Assembly: GCA_964625385.1 (NCBI GenBank)
Contig: CAZVBT010000007.1
Span: forward strand, 1 to 52,919
Direction of reading: 5' to 3'
Source of the DNA: an uncultured Melioribacter sp.
GTDB lineage: Bacteria; Bacteroidota; Ignavibacteria; Ignavibacteriales; Melioribacteraceae
Length of the DNA stretch: 52,919 bases
The notes under the pieces were generated by a model, which was given only the letters and a program-made list of their open reading frames with translations, had not been told where the DNA came from and did not search any database. The position numbers and the translations under genes were made by a program. Positions 39,719-49,374 of the stretch are shown here, one piece after another. Position 1 is the stretch's first letter, and each line of letters opens with the position of its first letter.

Positions 39719-40482
39719 TGAAAAAAATAATTTTTAACATATTAATTTTGTTTGGTTTTACTTTTGCTCAAGGCACAAGTGGAACATCTGCAAAATATGA
39801 ATATCGATATTTAATTGATTTACCTACTGCAGGTGTTATTAATCGTGGATTTTATTCTTTATCATTTGAAGCTATGCCTTATGGTGTTTTAGTCTCAAGA
39901 TTTGATGTTGGCATTTTTGAAAGATTTAGTATTGGTATTTCATACGGAGGAAGCAATATTATCGGATCTGGTAAAATTGAATTTTTTAAACTGCCAGGTA
40001 TAAATGTCAAATTAAGATTTTTGGATGAATCATTATTATTACCTGCTTTTGCAATTGGTTTTGATTCTCAAGGTAAAGGTTTTTTCGATAAATCAGTAAA
40101 CAGATATGAAATTAAATCTCCCGGATTCTACATAGCTGCTTCTAAAAATTTTGAATTACTTGGTTATCTCGGTTTTCATTCAGTTTTAAATTATTCTTTG
40201 GAAAGAAACGATTACGATAAAGATATTAACCTTGGTTTAGGTTTTGAAAAAACATTAGGAGAATTTATTTCTTTTATAGGTGAATATAATATTGCATTCA
40301 ATGACAACACAGGTTTATCATTTGGAAAAGGAAACGGTTATTTAAATTTTGGTTTTAGATTTGATATTGGTGATGGATTAACAATTGGCATTGATTTCAG
40401 AGATATATTAAAAAATAAAAAAATCAGTAATAATTTCGCTGATAGAGGATTGTTTGTTCAATATATTAAAGGAATTTTTTAG
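39718..40482 (+). CDS. Hypothetical exported beta-barrel-like protein (YjbH-like)
   Basis: Signal peptide, LIDLPTAG motif, alternating beta-strand pattern, terminal Phe; TAATG coupling to cysS. Confidence 0.6.
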   Translation: MKKIIFNILILFGFTFAQGTSGTSAKYEYRYLIDLPTAGVINRGFYSLSFEAMPYGVLVSRFDVGIFERFSIGISYGGSNIIGSGKIEFFKLPGINVKLRFLDESLLLPAFAIGFDSQGKGFFDKSVNRYEIKSPGFYIAASKNFELLGYLGFHSVLNYSLERNDYDKDINLGLGFEKTLGEFISFIGEYNIAFNDNTGLSFGKGNGYLNFGFRFDIGDGLTIGIDFRDILKNKKISNNFADRGLFVQYIKGIF

Positions 40483-40611
40483 CTGTCCTTTTAAAACTAC
40501 AAGTCAGTTTAAAAATTTATACATATCTTTATTTATCATTTGAATTTTTTAATAAGCAGAAACTTTTTTAAGGTATAAATTTTGTAATTGTATTAATAAA
40601 ACGAGGTTCTT

Positions 40612-41472
40612 ATGAAACTATTTTATAAATACTTGATTTTAATACCATTCTTTTTCTTTGGTGGTTGTTACACTCAAATAGCTGTTTATGATCGTGATTA
40701 TGATGATTATACTTATGAAGATGAATACTATGAAAACGATTCGTTAGCATATCAGGATGATTACCAGGATTATAATTATCCAGGTTATCGTAGATATTTT
40801 TGGGGATATTATCCTTCAACATATTTTTCATTTGGATTTTACGATCCATGGTATTACAATTATTTTCCATACAGTAGTTATTATTGGAGTAATCCATATT
40901 ATTATTTAAGCCCTGGTTACTTTTATTCATGGTATTACAGACCTTATTATGATTGGTATTGGTGGAAACCTTATGCATATTATGGCAATGATTATAAATA
41001 CAGAAATATACCTATTACAAGATTAAGAGATAACAATTCAGAAAGAAATGTTGGATCTGGCATAAGATCAAGTTATGATAGAGGTTCAAGAAATTCATCT
41101 TATCAAAATCCTAGCGATAGAAGAAATGATGTTGATTTATCGCGAACAAGAGTTTCAAGAGGTGGTAATAATTTTTCTAATGATAATTCACAAATCAATA
41201 AAGGAAATAATTCAAGCGGAAATTATGATAGACCAAGTTCAAGGACAAGAACTGAACCAACTGGAAGATCTACTGAAAGAAGTTCAAATGAAAGAAATTC
41301 TGGTGAAAACAGAAGGGAAAGACCAGCACCTTCGAGCTCTCCAAATTATGAACCTCAAAGAAGTTATTCACCACCACCAAGTTCTTCAAATTCTGGTGGA
41401 TCAAGAAGTTCAGATGGTGGAGGCAGATCTTCAAGCTCTGGAAGCAGCAGTGGAAGTGAAAGAAAAAGATAA
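40612..41472 (+). CDS. Hypothetical lipoprotein, Tyr/Trp-rich middle and Ser/Arg/Gly-rich disordered tail
   Basis: GAGG SD; lipobox FGGC; low-complexity composition. Confidence 0.75.
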   Translation: MKLFYKYLILIPFFFFGGCYTQIAVYDRDYDDYTYEDEYYENDSLAYQDDYQDYNYPGYRRYFWGYYPSTYFSFGFYDPWYYNYFPYSSYYWSNPYYYLSPGYFYSWYYRPYYDWYWWKPYAYYGNDYKYRNIPITRLRDNNSERNVGSGIRSSYDRGSRNSSYQNPSDRRNDVDLSRTRVSRGGNNFSNDNSQINKGNNSSGNYDRPSSRTRTEPTGRSTERSSNERNSGENRRERPAPSSSPNYEPQRSYSPPPSSSNSGGSRSSDGGGRSSSSGSSSGSERKR

Positions 41473-41488
41473 AACATACAGGTGATTT

Positions 41489-42934
41489 ATGAACACATAT
41501 AAAAAGATTTTTACAATTACTTTAATATTTTTTTCAATTCAAATCAAAGCCCAAAATTATAATGACGTTTTAAGATTAAGTGAGGGAAGCATTATTACAA
41601 ATGCTCGATTTTTAGGAATGGGAAATTCTGCTATTTCTTTTTCAAATGACTTAATTGCAGGTTTATTTAATCCAGCTGGCATAGCATTATTAAGAAAAGG
41701 AGAAGTTGATTTCAGTTTTAATTCTAATTCATTTTCAAATGATGCAACATTTTTTAATGTGTTAACAAAATCTAAAAATTTATCATCAAGATTTAATCAA
41801 GTTGGTATTGTTTTGCCTGTTCCAACAAGTCGTGGAAGTTTAACATTTGCTTTTGGATATAACATTAACCAAGATTTTAATAGAGTACTAATTTTTACGG
41901 GGTTTAATAATGGAAATAATTCAATGATCCAGGATTTGACAGGTTATAATGACGATATTGCATTTAATCTTGCTTTAAGTTATCCATTATATGATAAAAA
42001 TAATAAATACATTAAGGATACAACTTTAGTTAATGGGCGTTTAAATCAAAGCGGTGAAATTAATAACACAGGAAAAATTTCTAATTGGTATGTTACTGCT
42101 GGAATTGAAATTGACAAAGATGTATTTTTAGGAGGAAGTATTAGTATAATGAGTGGTGAATTTTATAAAGTTCGAGATTATTGGGAAAGAGATACAAAAG
42201 ATCTTTATCCAACTAATTTATTATTAGATCCTGCTGAACCAAAATCCTCTGATTTTCAAGAGTTTTATTTTAGGGATAGATTAAATTGGTCTTTATCTGG
42301 ATATGAATTTAAATTAGGATTAATTTCAAAAATTAATGAAAATATTAATATTGGATTAGCAGTTAGATTTCCACAAGTATTTTCAGTTAAAGAAATTTAT
42401 TCAGTGTATGCAACAAGCAAATTTAAAAATGCTTTTTGGGAAGATAATATTCCTGAATCCAAAATAGAATATGATATTACAACACCTTATGAATACAGTG
42501 GTGGTATTTCCTATATGAACAATAATTTATTATTGTCTCTTGATGCTAAATTGATTGATTATGCTTCAGCTGAATTTACATCCGGGTTTGATAAAAATTT
42601 ACGCTTGGATAAAAACAAAGAGATAAATGATCTTTTCACTTCGGTAATTAATCTAAATGCTGGTGGTGAATATTTTATTCCTAACTTAAAATTAAATTTG
42701 CGTGCTGGTTTTATGTACAAGCCATCGGCATTTAAGAATGATCCGGGTGATTTTGATAAAAAATTTATTACACTTGGGGCAGGATATAAATTATCAAAAA
42801 AATTGAATTTTGACATAGCTTATGCTTATGGATGGTGGAAAGATTTTGGTGATAATTATGGCAGTAACCTTTCAAGAGTTTATCAAGACATACGAATTGG
42901 TAATTTATTAACTACAATAAAATACTATTTTTAA
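41489..42934 (+). CDS. OmpP1/FadL-family outer-membrane barrel
   Basis: Signal peptide; ARFLGMGNS...FNPAGIA plug motif; LRAGF, ITLGAGY; terminal YYF. Confidence 0.8.
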   Translation: MNTYKKIFTITLIFFSIQIKAQNYNDVLRLSEGSIITNARFLGMGNSAISFSNDLIAGLFNPAGIALLRKGEVDFSFNSNSFSNDATFFNVLTKSKNLSSRFNQVGIVLPVPTSRGSLTFAFGYNINQDFNRVLIFTGFNNGNNSMIQDLTGYNDDIAFNLALSYPLYDKNNKYIKDTTLVNGRLNQSGEINNTGKISNWYVTAGIEIDKDVFLGGSISIMSGEFYKVRDYWERDTKDLYPTNLLLDPAEPKSSDFQEFYFRDRLNWSLSGYEFKLGLISKINENINIGLAVRFPQVFSVKEIYSVYATSKFKNAFWEDNIPESKIEYDITTPYEYSGGISYMNNNLLLSLDAKLIDYASAEFTSGFDKNLRLDKNKEINDLFTSVINLNAGGEYFIPNLKLNLRAGFMYKPSAFKNDPGDFDKKFITLGAGYKLSKKLNFDIAYAYGWWKDFGDNYGSNLSRVYQDIRIGNLLTTIKYYF

Positions 42935-42956
42935 TTCAAATTATTTTGATTGCAAA

Positions 42957-42988
42957 AAATGAGCATCATATTTTTATGGTGCTCATTT
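42957..42988. terminator. 14-bp inverted repeat between the FadL-like gene and rsgA (terminator and/or promoter-overlapping hairpin)
   Basis: AAATGAGCATCATA-TTTT-TATGGTGCTCATTT (one G-T pair); short T tract on plus strand. Confidence 0.55.
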
Positions 42989-43001
42989 CTAAAGGTGGCT
43001 T

Positions 43002-43955
43002 ATTAAAGGTTTAGTATATAAAATTGAAAGTAAAGATTATTATATCCTTGATGATAAATGTAATTCAGTTCGATGTTCACTTCGGGGAAAATTTCAAAAA
43101 GAATTTAATCTAAAAAAAAACAAACTATTCGAAGTTGATCTTGTTGTTGTTGGTGATTTTGTTGAATTTAATCTTAATCAAGATGGAACTGGTGTAATTG
43201 AGTCTGTTTATGAAAGAAAGAATTTTATTTCAAGAAAAGCTCCGAGAATTAAAGGAGCAAGTTATCGAGGTGAAAGATTAGAACAAAAAATTGCTGCTAA
43301 TGTTGATAATTTGATTATTGTTTCAAGTGCTAAAAATCCTCATTATAATAATAAAACGATTGACAGATTTTTAGTTGCTGGTGAAAGTTCAAATGTAAAT
43401 TGTGTTATTGTAATAAATAAGATTGACTTAGATAAAGAAAATGACTTTATATTATTTTCAGATTTATATAAAAAAATTGGTTATTGCGTAATTGAAACTT
43501 CAGTTAAAGAAAATATTGGAATTCAAGAATTAAAAAGTACTTTAAATAATAAAGTTAATTTGATTTGGGGGCAATCTGGTGTTGGAAAATCATCTTTATT
43601 AAATGCAATGTTTCCATCACTAAACTTAAAAGTTGGAAATATTAGCGAAAAGAAATCAAAAGGTAAACATACAACAGTTACTTCTATTCTTAAAAAATTA
43701 GAAAATGAAACTTATATTATTGATACACCTGGAGTAAGAGAAATAGAGCCATATGGAATTACCAAAGAAGATTTAGGTCATTATTTTATAGAATTTAAAA
43801 ATTTTATCAACGAATGTAAGTTTAATACATGCACACATTATCATGAACCAGATTGTGCTATCAGAAAGGCAGTTGAAGACAATTTAATTTCAGTTGAACG
43901 TTATAAAAGTTATTTAAATATTCTTGAAACTATAGAAGATGATATGAATTTTTAG
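43002..43955 (+). CDS. rsgA: Ribosome small subunit-dependent GTPase A, probable ATT start
   Basis: NKID, GQSGVGKSS, GKHTT, DTPG, CKFNTCTH..EPDC. The frame is open 103 codons upstream of the ORF-track start and encodes the OB fold (KGLVYK...CSLRGK...VVGDFV...IAANVD). Confidence 0.9.
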   Translation: MKGLVYKIESKDYYILDDKCNSVRCSLRGKFQKEFNLKKNKLFEVDLVVVGDFVEFNLNQDGTGVIESVYERKNFISRKAPRIKGASYRGERLEQKIAANVDNLIIVSSAKNPHYNNKTIDRFLVAGESSNVNCVIVINKIDLDKENDFILFSDLYKKIGYCVIETSVKENIGIQELKSTLNNKVNLIWGQSGVGKSSLLNAMFPSLNLKVGNISEKKSKGKHTTVTSILKKLENETYIIDTPGVREIEPYGITKEDLGHYFIEFKNFINECKFNTCTHYHEPDCAIRKAVEDNLISVERYKSYLNILETIEDDMNF

Positions 43956-44851
43956 AGGTAAGAAATTTTATAATACATTCTTTCAATAAATTTATTTACA
44001 ACTTTATCTGGCACTCCATCAATGTGTTTAGATTTTAATCTCATATCAATTTGATCGTTTATATAATCAATTAAATAGAATTTATGATCTTTCGTCAAAG
44101 CAATTTCTGTAGAGAAATAATCAAGTTTTGTAATTTGAGCTAATCTTTTTGTAATCTTAATAAGTTGTTGCAGATGTTTTTGTTTAATTTCTTTTGCTGT
44201 TAGAATATTATAAATATGTGTTTGGTCATCCCAAAAAGTTGGTATAACTGTATCGAAAGCCCAAATCAATCTGAACCAAGCACGTTTGCCACTGATTTTG
44301 TGAGGATAAATTTTTTCTTGGATTAAAAATTTTTCATCCGGACTTTTCATTCTTGATTTTTGAATTTCTTCTAGTGACATAGCATTTTTTATTACACCTT
44401 CACCGCCGCCACTATATAATGATGGTTTAATTATAAATGGTTTACCTATAAAATCTAAATCTTTTTCAGCAAGCATAAGTCTATAATCTTCTTTAAAGGC
44501 AGATAGAATAAAAGTTCTTGGTAGCTTGAAACCACTTTCAAGCAATTTGTTGTGCATTATTGCTTTATCAATAGTTTTAATTACTTTTTGATATGGATTT
44601 ATAATATAACATTTTCTTCTTTTTAATATTTGTGCTATTGGAATAAACGAAACATCTTCATCGGAAGCTCTGTCTAAGAGGGCACTAAATTGAATTTTTT
44701 TATTTTGGAGTAAATTTATTACTTCAAATACATTATCAGGTTTGATTAAGTAAGTTGTGAGACCATAATATTGAAAATAGTCTTCAATTAATTCAATAAA
44801 ATCTTTGTCGTATTCCCATGTAAAGGAAATTGCTAAATCAAAATGTTCCAT
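43952..44851 (-). CDS. Hypothetical ATP-grasp fold protein
   Basis: INP......DK......L......P.T, PFIIKP...GGGEGV, FLIQE, YFSTEI, IDYIND. Confidence 0.7.
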   Translation of the reverse strand: MEHFDLAISFTWEYDKDFIELIEDYFQYYGLTTYLIKPDNVFEVINLLQNKKIQFSALLDRASDEDVSFIPIAQILKRRKCYIINPYQKVIKTIDKAIMHNKLLESGFKLPRTFILSAFKEDYRLMLAEKDLDFIGKPFIIKPSLYSGGGEGVIKNAMSLEEIQKSRMKSPDEKFLIQEKIYPHKISGKRAWFRLIWAFDTVIPTFWDDQTHIYNILTAKEIKQKHLQQLIKITKRLAQITKLDYFSTEIALTKDHKFYLIDYINDQIDMRLKSKHIDGVPDKVVNKFIERMYYKISYL

Positions 44852-44956
44852 TTATAAATTTTTTTTGTAATAAAAATAATTGTTTATAAACAATATATGA
44901 AAGTTTGTTAATCTTAACCTTAAAAACTATTTTTTGCAGCAAATTAAAAAGGAACT

Positions 44957-46750
44957 ATGAAAAATATATTTTTTTTGTTTTTAACTTTATTGATTACCTC
45001 ATGTTCAAAAGAGGTTGTTAATTTTAAAGAAAATAATGAACAATCAAAAAAAATTGATAAGAAAAAACTTGCTCAGGAGCTTTTTATTGATGCTTCTATT
45101 TTGGAAGCACAAGGTGAATATAATAAAGCGATTGAAAAATACATTGAAGCCAACAAGCTTGATCCTCAAGCAGGTATAGCATTTACAATTGCTAAGAATT
45201 TTTTTAATCAAAACAAATTATCTTCAGCATTAAATTATGCCAATGAAGCCGTTAATAAATCACCAAATAACATTGAATATTTAACCTTGCTTGCGGCAAT
45301 TTATAATTCATCAAAGATTCAGGATTCCTCAGCCGTCGTTTATGAAAAAATTATAAAGTTGGATTCAACAAATGTTAATGCTTTATTTAATTTGGCAGAA
45401 ATTTATGAACCGAAAAGACCTAAAGAAGCAATAAATCTTTATAAAAAAATTATTCAACAAGTTGGACCTGAATGGAATGTTTTAATTCGTTTAGTTGATA
45501 TTAACGATAGATTAGGTAATACAGAAGAATCAATAAAATATTTTGAGGAAATTATATCAATTAATCCATCTGATTTGAATTTGCAGAAAATGTTAATTGA
45601 TTTATATCTCAAAACAAAAAATTATGATAAAGCGCTTAAAAAAATTGATGAAGCATTGTTAAGCTATCCCGATGATTTAAATCTGATTGAATATAAAGCC
45701 ATTGCTTTTGCCAATAAAGGTGATATGAAATCATCATCAAACGAATACTTGAAATTAATTTTGAATAAAGATATCCCTTTCGATAGAAAAATTGCTGTTG
45801 GACTTTCATTTTTGGTACAATCTCAAAAAGATTCTACCAATTTGGATATTGCTAAAAACATTTTTGAAATTCTTGATAAAGATTCTTTAGACTGGCAGGT
45901 TAAAGCTTATCTTGGCGAAATAGCAATTAGAAAAAATGAGGATTCAATAGCAATTAAATATTTTAAAGATGCTTCTAAAATAGCTGAGTGGAATTCACAA
46001 GTTTGGACAAGGTTAGGCGGTTTACTTTTTGATGCTCGTAAATATGACGATGCAATTTATTTTATGAAACAAGCTGTTGAAAAATTCCCAAATGATTTTG
46101 TTATTAATTTAATTTATGGACTTTCACTTTCTCAAAAAGGTAATCATGAAAATGCAGTTGAATTTTTGACAAGAGCTTTGAGAATAAACCAAAATGATTT
46201 AACGGCGCTTGGTGCTATTGGTTATTCTTTGAATCAACTTAAGAAAAATGATGAAGCATTAATTTATTTAAATAAAGCATTGAATATTGATCAAAACAAT
46301 TTGCAAATCTTGAGTATAAAAGCACTTATTCATGAAAACAAAAAAGAATATGAAATTTCAGATTCACTTTATTTAAAAGCTTTAAAGATAGATTCTGCAA
46401 ATGTTTTGATTTTAAATAACTTGGCTTATTCATACGCTGAAAGAGGAATTAAATTAGATGAAGCATTAAAAATGTCTCAAAAATCATTAGAGGCTGAACC
46501 TGATAATGCTTCTTACTTAGATACTTTTGGGTGGATTCAATTTAAGCTCGGGAATTACAAAAAAGCAAAAGAATATTTAGAAAAAGCAGTAGAAACTGAA
46601 TCTAATAATTCTACATTGATAGATCATCTTGGTGATACATATTTTAAACTTGGAGATAAGAAAAAATCATTAGAGCTTTGGAAAAAAGCATTTGAACTTG
46701 ATAATTCAAAAAATGAAATTCAATTAAAAATTCAGAAAGAGGAATTGTGA
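44957..46750 (+). CDS. Tetratricopeptide repeat lipoprotein
   Basis: Lipobox ITSC; many TPR units including LNNLAYSYA...YLDTFGWIQFKLG...DHLGD. Confidence 0.9.
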   Translation: MKNIFFLFLTLLITSCSKEVVNFKENNEQSKKIDKKKLAQELFIDASILEAQGEYNKAIEKYIEANKLDPQAGIAFTIAKNFFNQNKLSSALNYANEAVNKSPNNIEYLTLLAAIYNSSKIQDSSAVVYEKIIKLDSTNVNALFNLAEIYEPKRPKEAINLYKKIIQQVGPEWNVLIRLVDINDRLGNTEESIKYFEEIISINPSDLNLQKMLIDLYLKTKNYDKALKKIDEALLSYPDDLNLIEYKAIAFANKGDMKSSSNEYLKLILNKDIPFDRKIAVGLSFLVQSQKDSTNLDIAKNIFEILDKDSLDWQVKAYLGEIAIRKNEDSIAIKYFKDASKIAEWNSQVWTRLGGLLFDARKYDDAIYFMKQAVEKFPNDFVINLIYGLSLSQKGNHENAVEFLTRALRINQNDLTALGAIGYSLNQLKKNDEALIYLNKALNIDQNNLQILSIKALIHENKKEYEISDSLYLKALKIDSANVLILNNLAYSYAERGIKLDEALKMSQKSLEAEPDNASYLDTFGWIQFKLGNYKKAKEYLEKAVETESNNSTLIDHLGDTYFKLGDKKKSLELWKKAFELDNSKNEIQLKIQKEEL

Positions 46751-47529
46751 AAAAAGTAATTATAATTTTATCATCAATAATTTTTGCTTCAATATTTTAT
46801 TCATGCAGTGCTACAAAATCAATTGAGGAAGTTGAATCTCCATCTGCAGAAAGAATTGTTAAAAGAATAGAAGCCAACAGAAGAAAAATAAAATCTTTTG
46901 TTGGAACAGGAACTATTTATGTCTATACAAAAGAACTAAATACAAAAAGTAATTTTAAAGTTGAAATAAGAAAACCTGATTCATTAAAAATAAATTTTTA
47001 TGGACCATTTGGAATTGAATTGGCATCAGCTTTAATTACTCAAAAAAATTTTGTTTTTCTTGATATGATAAATAACAAGGCAATGAAAGGAAAAACAAAT
47101 TCACAAACAATTAAAAATGTACTAAAGGTTAACTTTCCGCATGATGAAATAATTGATGCTGCAACTGGATTTATAAATCTAACAAATAAAATTTCACTAA
47201 CTCCTTCAATTAGCAAAAATGATGGATCAGTATATGAGTTAGTTTATCCGGATTCTTTAAATAAAGTGATTACTAAAATAATATTAGATGTTGAATCAAT
47301 GAGGTTGCGAAAATATTTTATTACAAACCTTGACAACAAAGTTCAATATCAGGCTGAATATAGTGATTATAAAAAAGTAGACGATGTATCAGTTCCTTTC
47401 AAAATTGAAATTCAGGATTTGGAAAGCGATCAAAAATTAAAAATTGAGTATAGAAAAGTTGAAATAAATAAATTAAATGATAAATTAAAAATTGAAGTAC
47501 CAGAAGATGCATCTGTTTCTGAAATATAA
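46747..47529 (+). CDS. DUF4292-like lipoprotein
   Basis: Lipobox FYSC; KPDSL.I..YGPFGIE; VPFKI; position between TPR and M23 genes. Confidence 0.7.
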   Translation: MKKVIIILSSIIFASIFYSCSATKSIEEVESPSAERIVKRIEANRRKIKSFVGTGTIYVYTKELNTKSNFKVEIRKPDSLKINFYGPFGIELASALITQKNFVFLDMINNKAMKGKTNSQTIKNVLKVNFPHDEIIDAATGFINLTNKISLTPSISKNDGSVYELVYPDSLNKVITKIILDVESMRLRKYFITNLDNKVQYQAEYSDYKKVDDVSVPFKIEIQDLESDQKLKIEYRKVEINKLNDKLKIEVPEDASVSEI

Positions 47530-48715
47530 TATAATTTTTACTATTCTATTTATTTCAAGCATTACTTTTTCTCAAGTAAAAGATTCAATCAATTTAAAAA
47601 ATCGTGAATTAAAAAAAATCAGAGATGAAATAACACAATTAGAAAATGAATTAAAATCAAAATCAATAAAAGAGAAAGAATCACTTCAAACATTAGAAAT
47701 TATAAACCGTAAAAATTTGCTCATCAGTAAATTGATCAATAATCTTATTTCTGAAGAAAATGAAAAAGAAAAACTAATAGAAAAAGTTGAACAAAATTCT
47801 GAATTCATCCAAGGGGAAATTAAAAATCTTAAAGAACAATATTCCCGATATGTTGTTTGGCTTTACAAACATCAAGGACTGAATTTTTGGAAATTTATTT
47901 TTGATGCCGAGTCATTCAATCAAATGCTTGTTCGTTATCAATACTTTAAATACATCTCAAATAAAAATAAAAATCTATTGGATAAATTAAATTTCAATAA
48001 AGAGCAACTTTCTAAATTAAAAGACACATTAGAGGTTCAAAGGAAAGAAAAAGAATTATTAGCTAATCAAAAACTAAAAGAAAAAAATGAGTTAGAAAAA
48101 ATTGAAAAAGAAAAAAGAGATTTGATAAATATTCTTAAACAGGATAAAAAAATTATAGCTAAGGAAATAGCTGCAAAAAGACAAGCAGAAATTGTAATAA
48201 AAAATTTGATTGCAAAATTGATTGAAAGAGATAGAAAAAATAAGATTAAAAAATTTGAGCATAACCAATTCAAAAGTTTATCTCAATCTTTTGATTATAA
48301 TTCTCTTCAAAGTTTTGCAGATCTTCAAGGAAAATTAAGTTGGCCGATTAAAGAAGGAAAAATTATCCGTCCTTTTGGTGAAAATAAAAATGAAAAACTT
48401 AATACAATAACTTTAAATTATGGAATTGATATTCTTTCAAAAATAAATTCAAATGTACTTGCTGTTGCAGAAGGAATAGTTAGTGCAATTGATTGGATAC
48501 CTGGTTATGGTAGTATTGTTATTTTAACTCATCGGGATGATTTTAGAACAGTTTATGGCCATGTAAGCAATATTTCAGTTAAAGAAGGTGAAAAATTAAA
48601 AGCTGGCTCAGTGATTGGTCAAGTTAATGAAAGTTTAGAAGGAAATGTTTTGCACTTTGAAATTTGGAATGAGCGTAATTATCAAAATCCGGAAGAATGG
48701 TTAAATAGAAAATAA
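47507..48715 (+). CDS. EnvC-like murein hydrolase activator (coiled coil + M23 domain)
   Basis: Long coiled coil; GKLSWP..G.I...FG, NYGIDI, TVYGH, LHFEIW; start uncertain (47492/47507). Confidence 0.85.
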   Translation: MHLFLKYNIIFTILFISSITFSQVKDSINLKNRELKKIRDEITQLENELKSKSIKEKESLQTLEIINRKNLLISKLINNLISEENEKEKLIEKVEQNSEFIQGEIKNLKEQYSRYVVWLYKHQGLNFWKFIFDAESFNQMLVRYQYFKYISNKNKNLLDKLNFNKEQLSKLKDTLEVQRKEKELLANQKLKEKNELEKIEKEKRDLINILKQDKKIIAKEIAAKRQAEIVIKNLIAKLIERDRKNKIKKFEHNQFKSLSQSFDYNSLQSFADLQGKLSWPIKEGKIIRPFGENKNEKLNTITLNYGIDILSKINSNVLAVAEGIVSAIDWIPGYGSIVILTHRDDFRTVYGHVSNISVKEGEKLKAGSVIGQVNESLEGNVLHFEIWNERNYQNPEEWLNRK

Positions 48716-48716
48716 A

Positions 48717-49364
48717 TTAAATGTTTTCATTAATAAAAATTTTCAATTCATTAACGGTAAAAAAAACATAATCGCTTTTCATGTCTAAAACTTTTTCGCG
48801 GGCATAACTATCCCATAAAACTGATGCACATTTAATATTTGCATTTCTTGCTGCAATAATATCTGCCGGTGCATCACCAATCATTAAAACTTTATTTCTA
48901 TCCAAACTAAATTGATTAATAAAAATTTCTATTCCTTCAGGTGAGGGCTTATGTTCCAATATATCATCACCTGTTACAATTAAGTCAAAATATTTTGTTA
49001 GACCTAATTTATCTAATGTTATTTTCGTCGAATCTTTTCCTTTGCCGGTATAAATTGAAGTTGGAATTTTTTTGTTTTTTATTTGCTTTAAAATTTCATC
49101 AATACCAGGAAAAATTTCTGCCAGCAGACTATGATTTTCTGAATAGTAATTAAAGTAATCTTTTCTTGCTTCTTCATAATTTTCTTTCATTAGTTCTTTT
49201 AGTATAACATCTTCAGTTGGCCCAAATAATTTAATTATATCTTCATCAGTAAAGTTTTTATCTAAATATTTTTTTGACACAAATCTGAATGTTTCAAAAA
49301 TTAATTTATTTGTTTTAGCGAGTGTTCCGTCAATGTCAAAAATAAATCCTTCAAAATTTTTCAA
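48717..49364 (-). CDS. HAD-IA family phosphatase
   Basis: FDIDGT, KPSPEG, MIGDAPADI. Confidence 0.9.
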   Translation of the reverse strand: MKNFEGFIFDIDGTLAKTNKLIFETFRFVSKKYLDKNFTDEDIIKLFGPTEDVILKELMKENYEEARKDYFNYYSENHSLLAEIFPGIDEILKQIKNKKIPTSIYTGKGKDSTKITLDKLGLTKYFDLIVTGDDILEHKPSPEGIEIFINQFSLDRNKVLMIGDAPADIIAARNANIKCASVLWDSYAREKVLDMKSDYVFFTVNELKIFINENI

Positions 49365-49374
49365 AACTGTATCC

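Noticed and set aside
40610-41485. ORFs 40610..40978 (-) and 41075..41485 (+)
   Set aside because: Shadow frames of the low-complexity lipoprotein gene; no independent signals.
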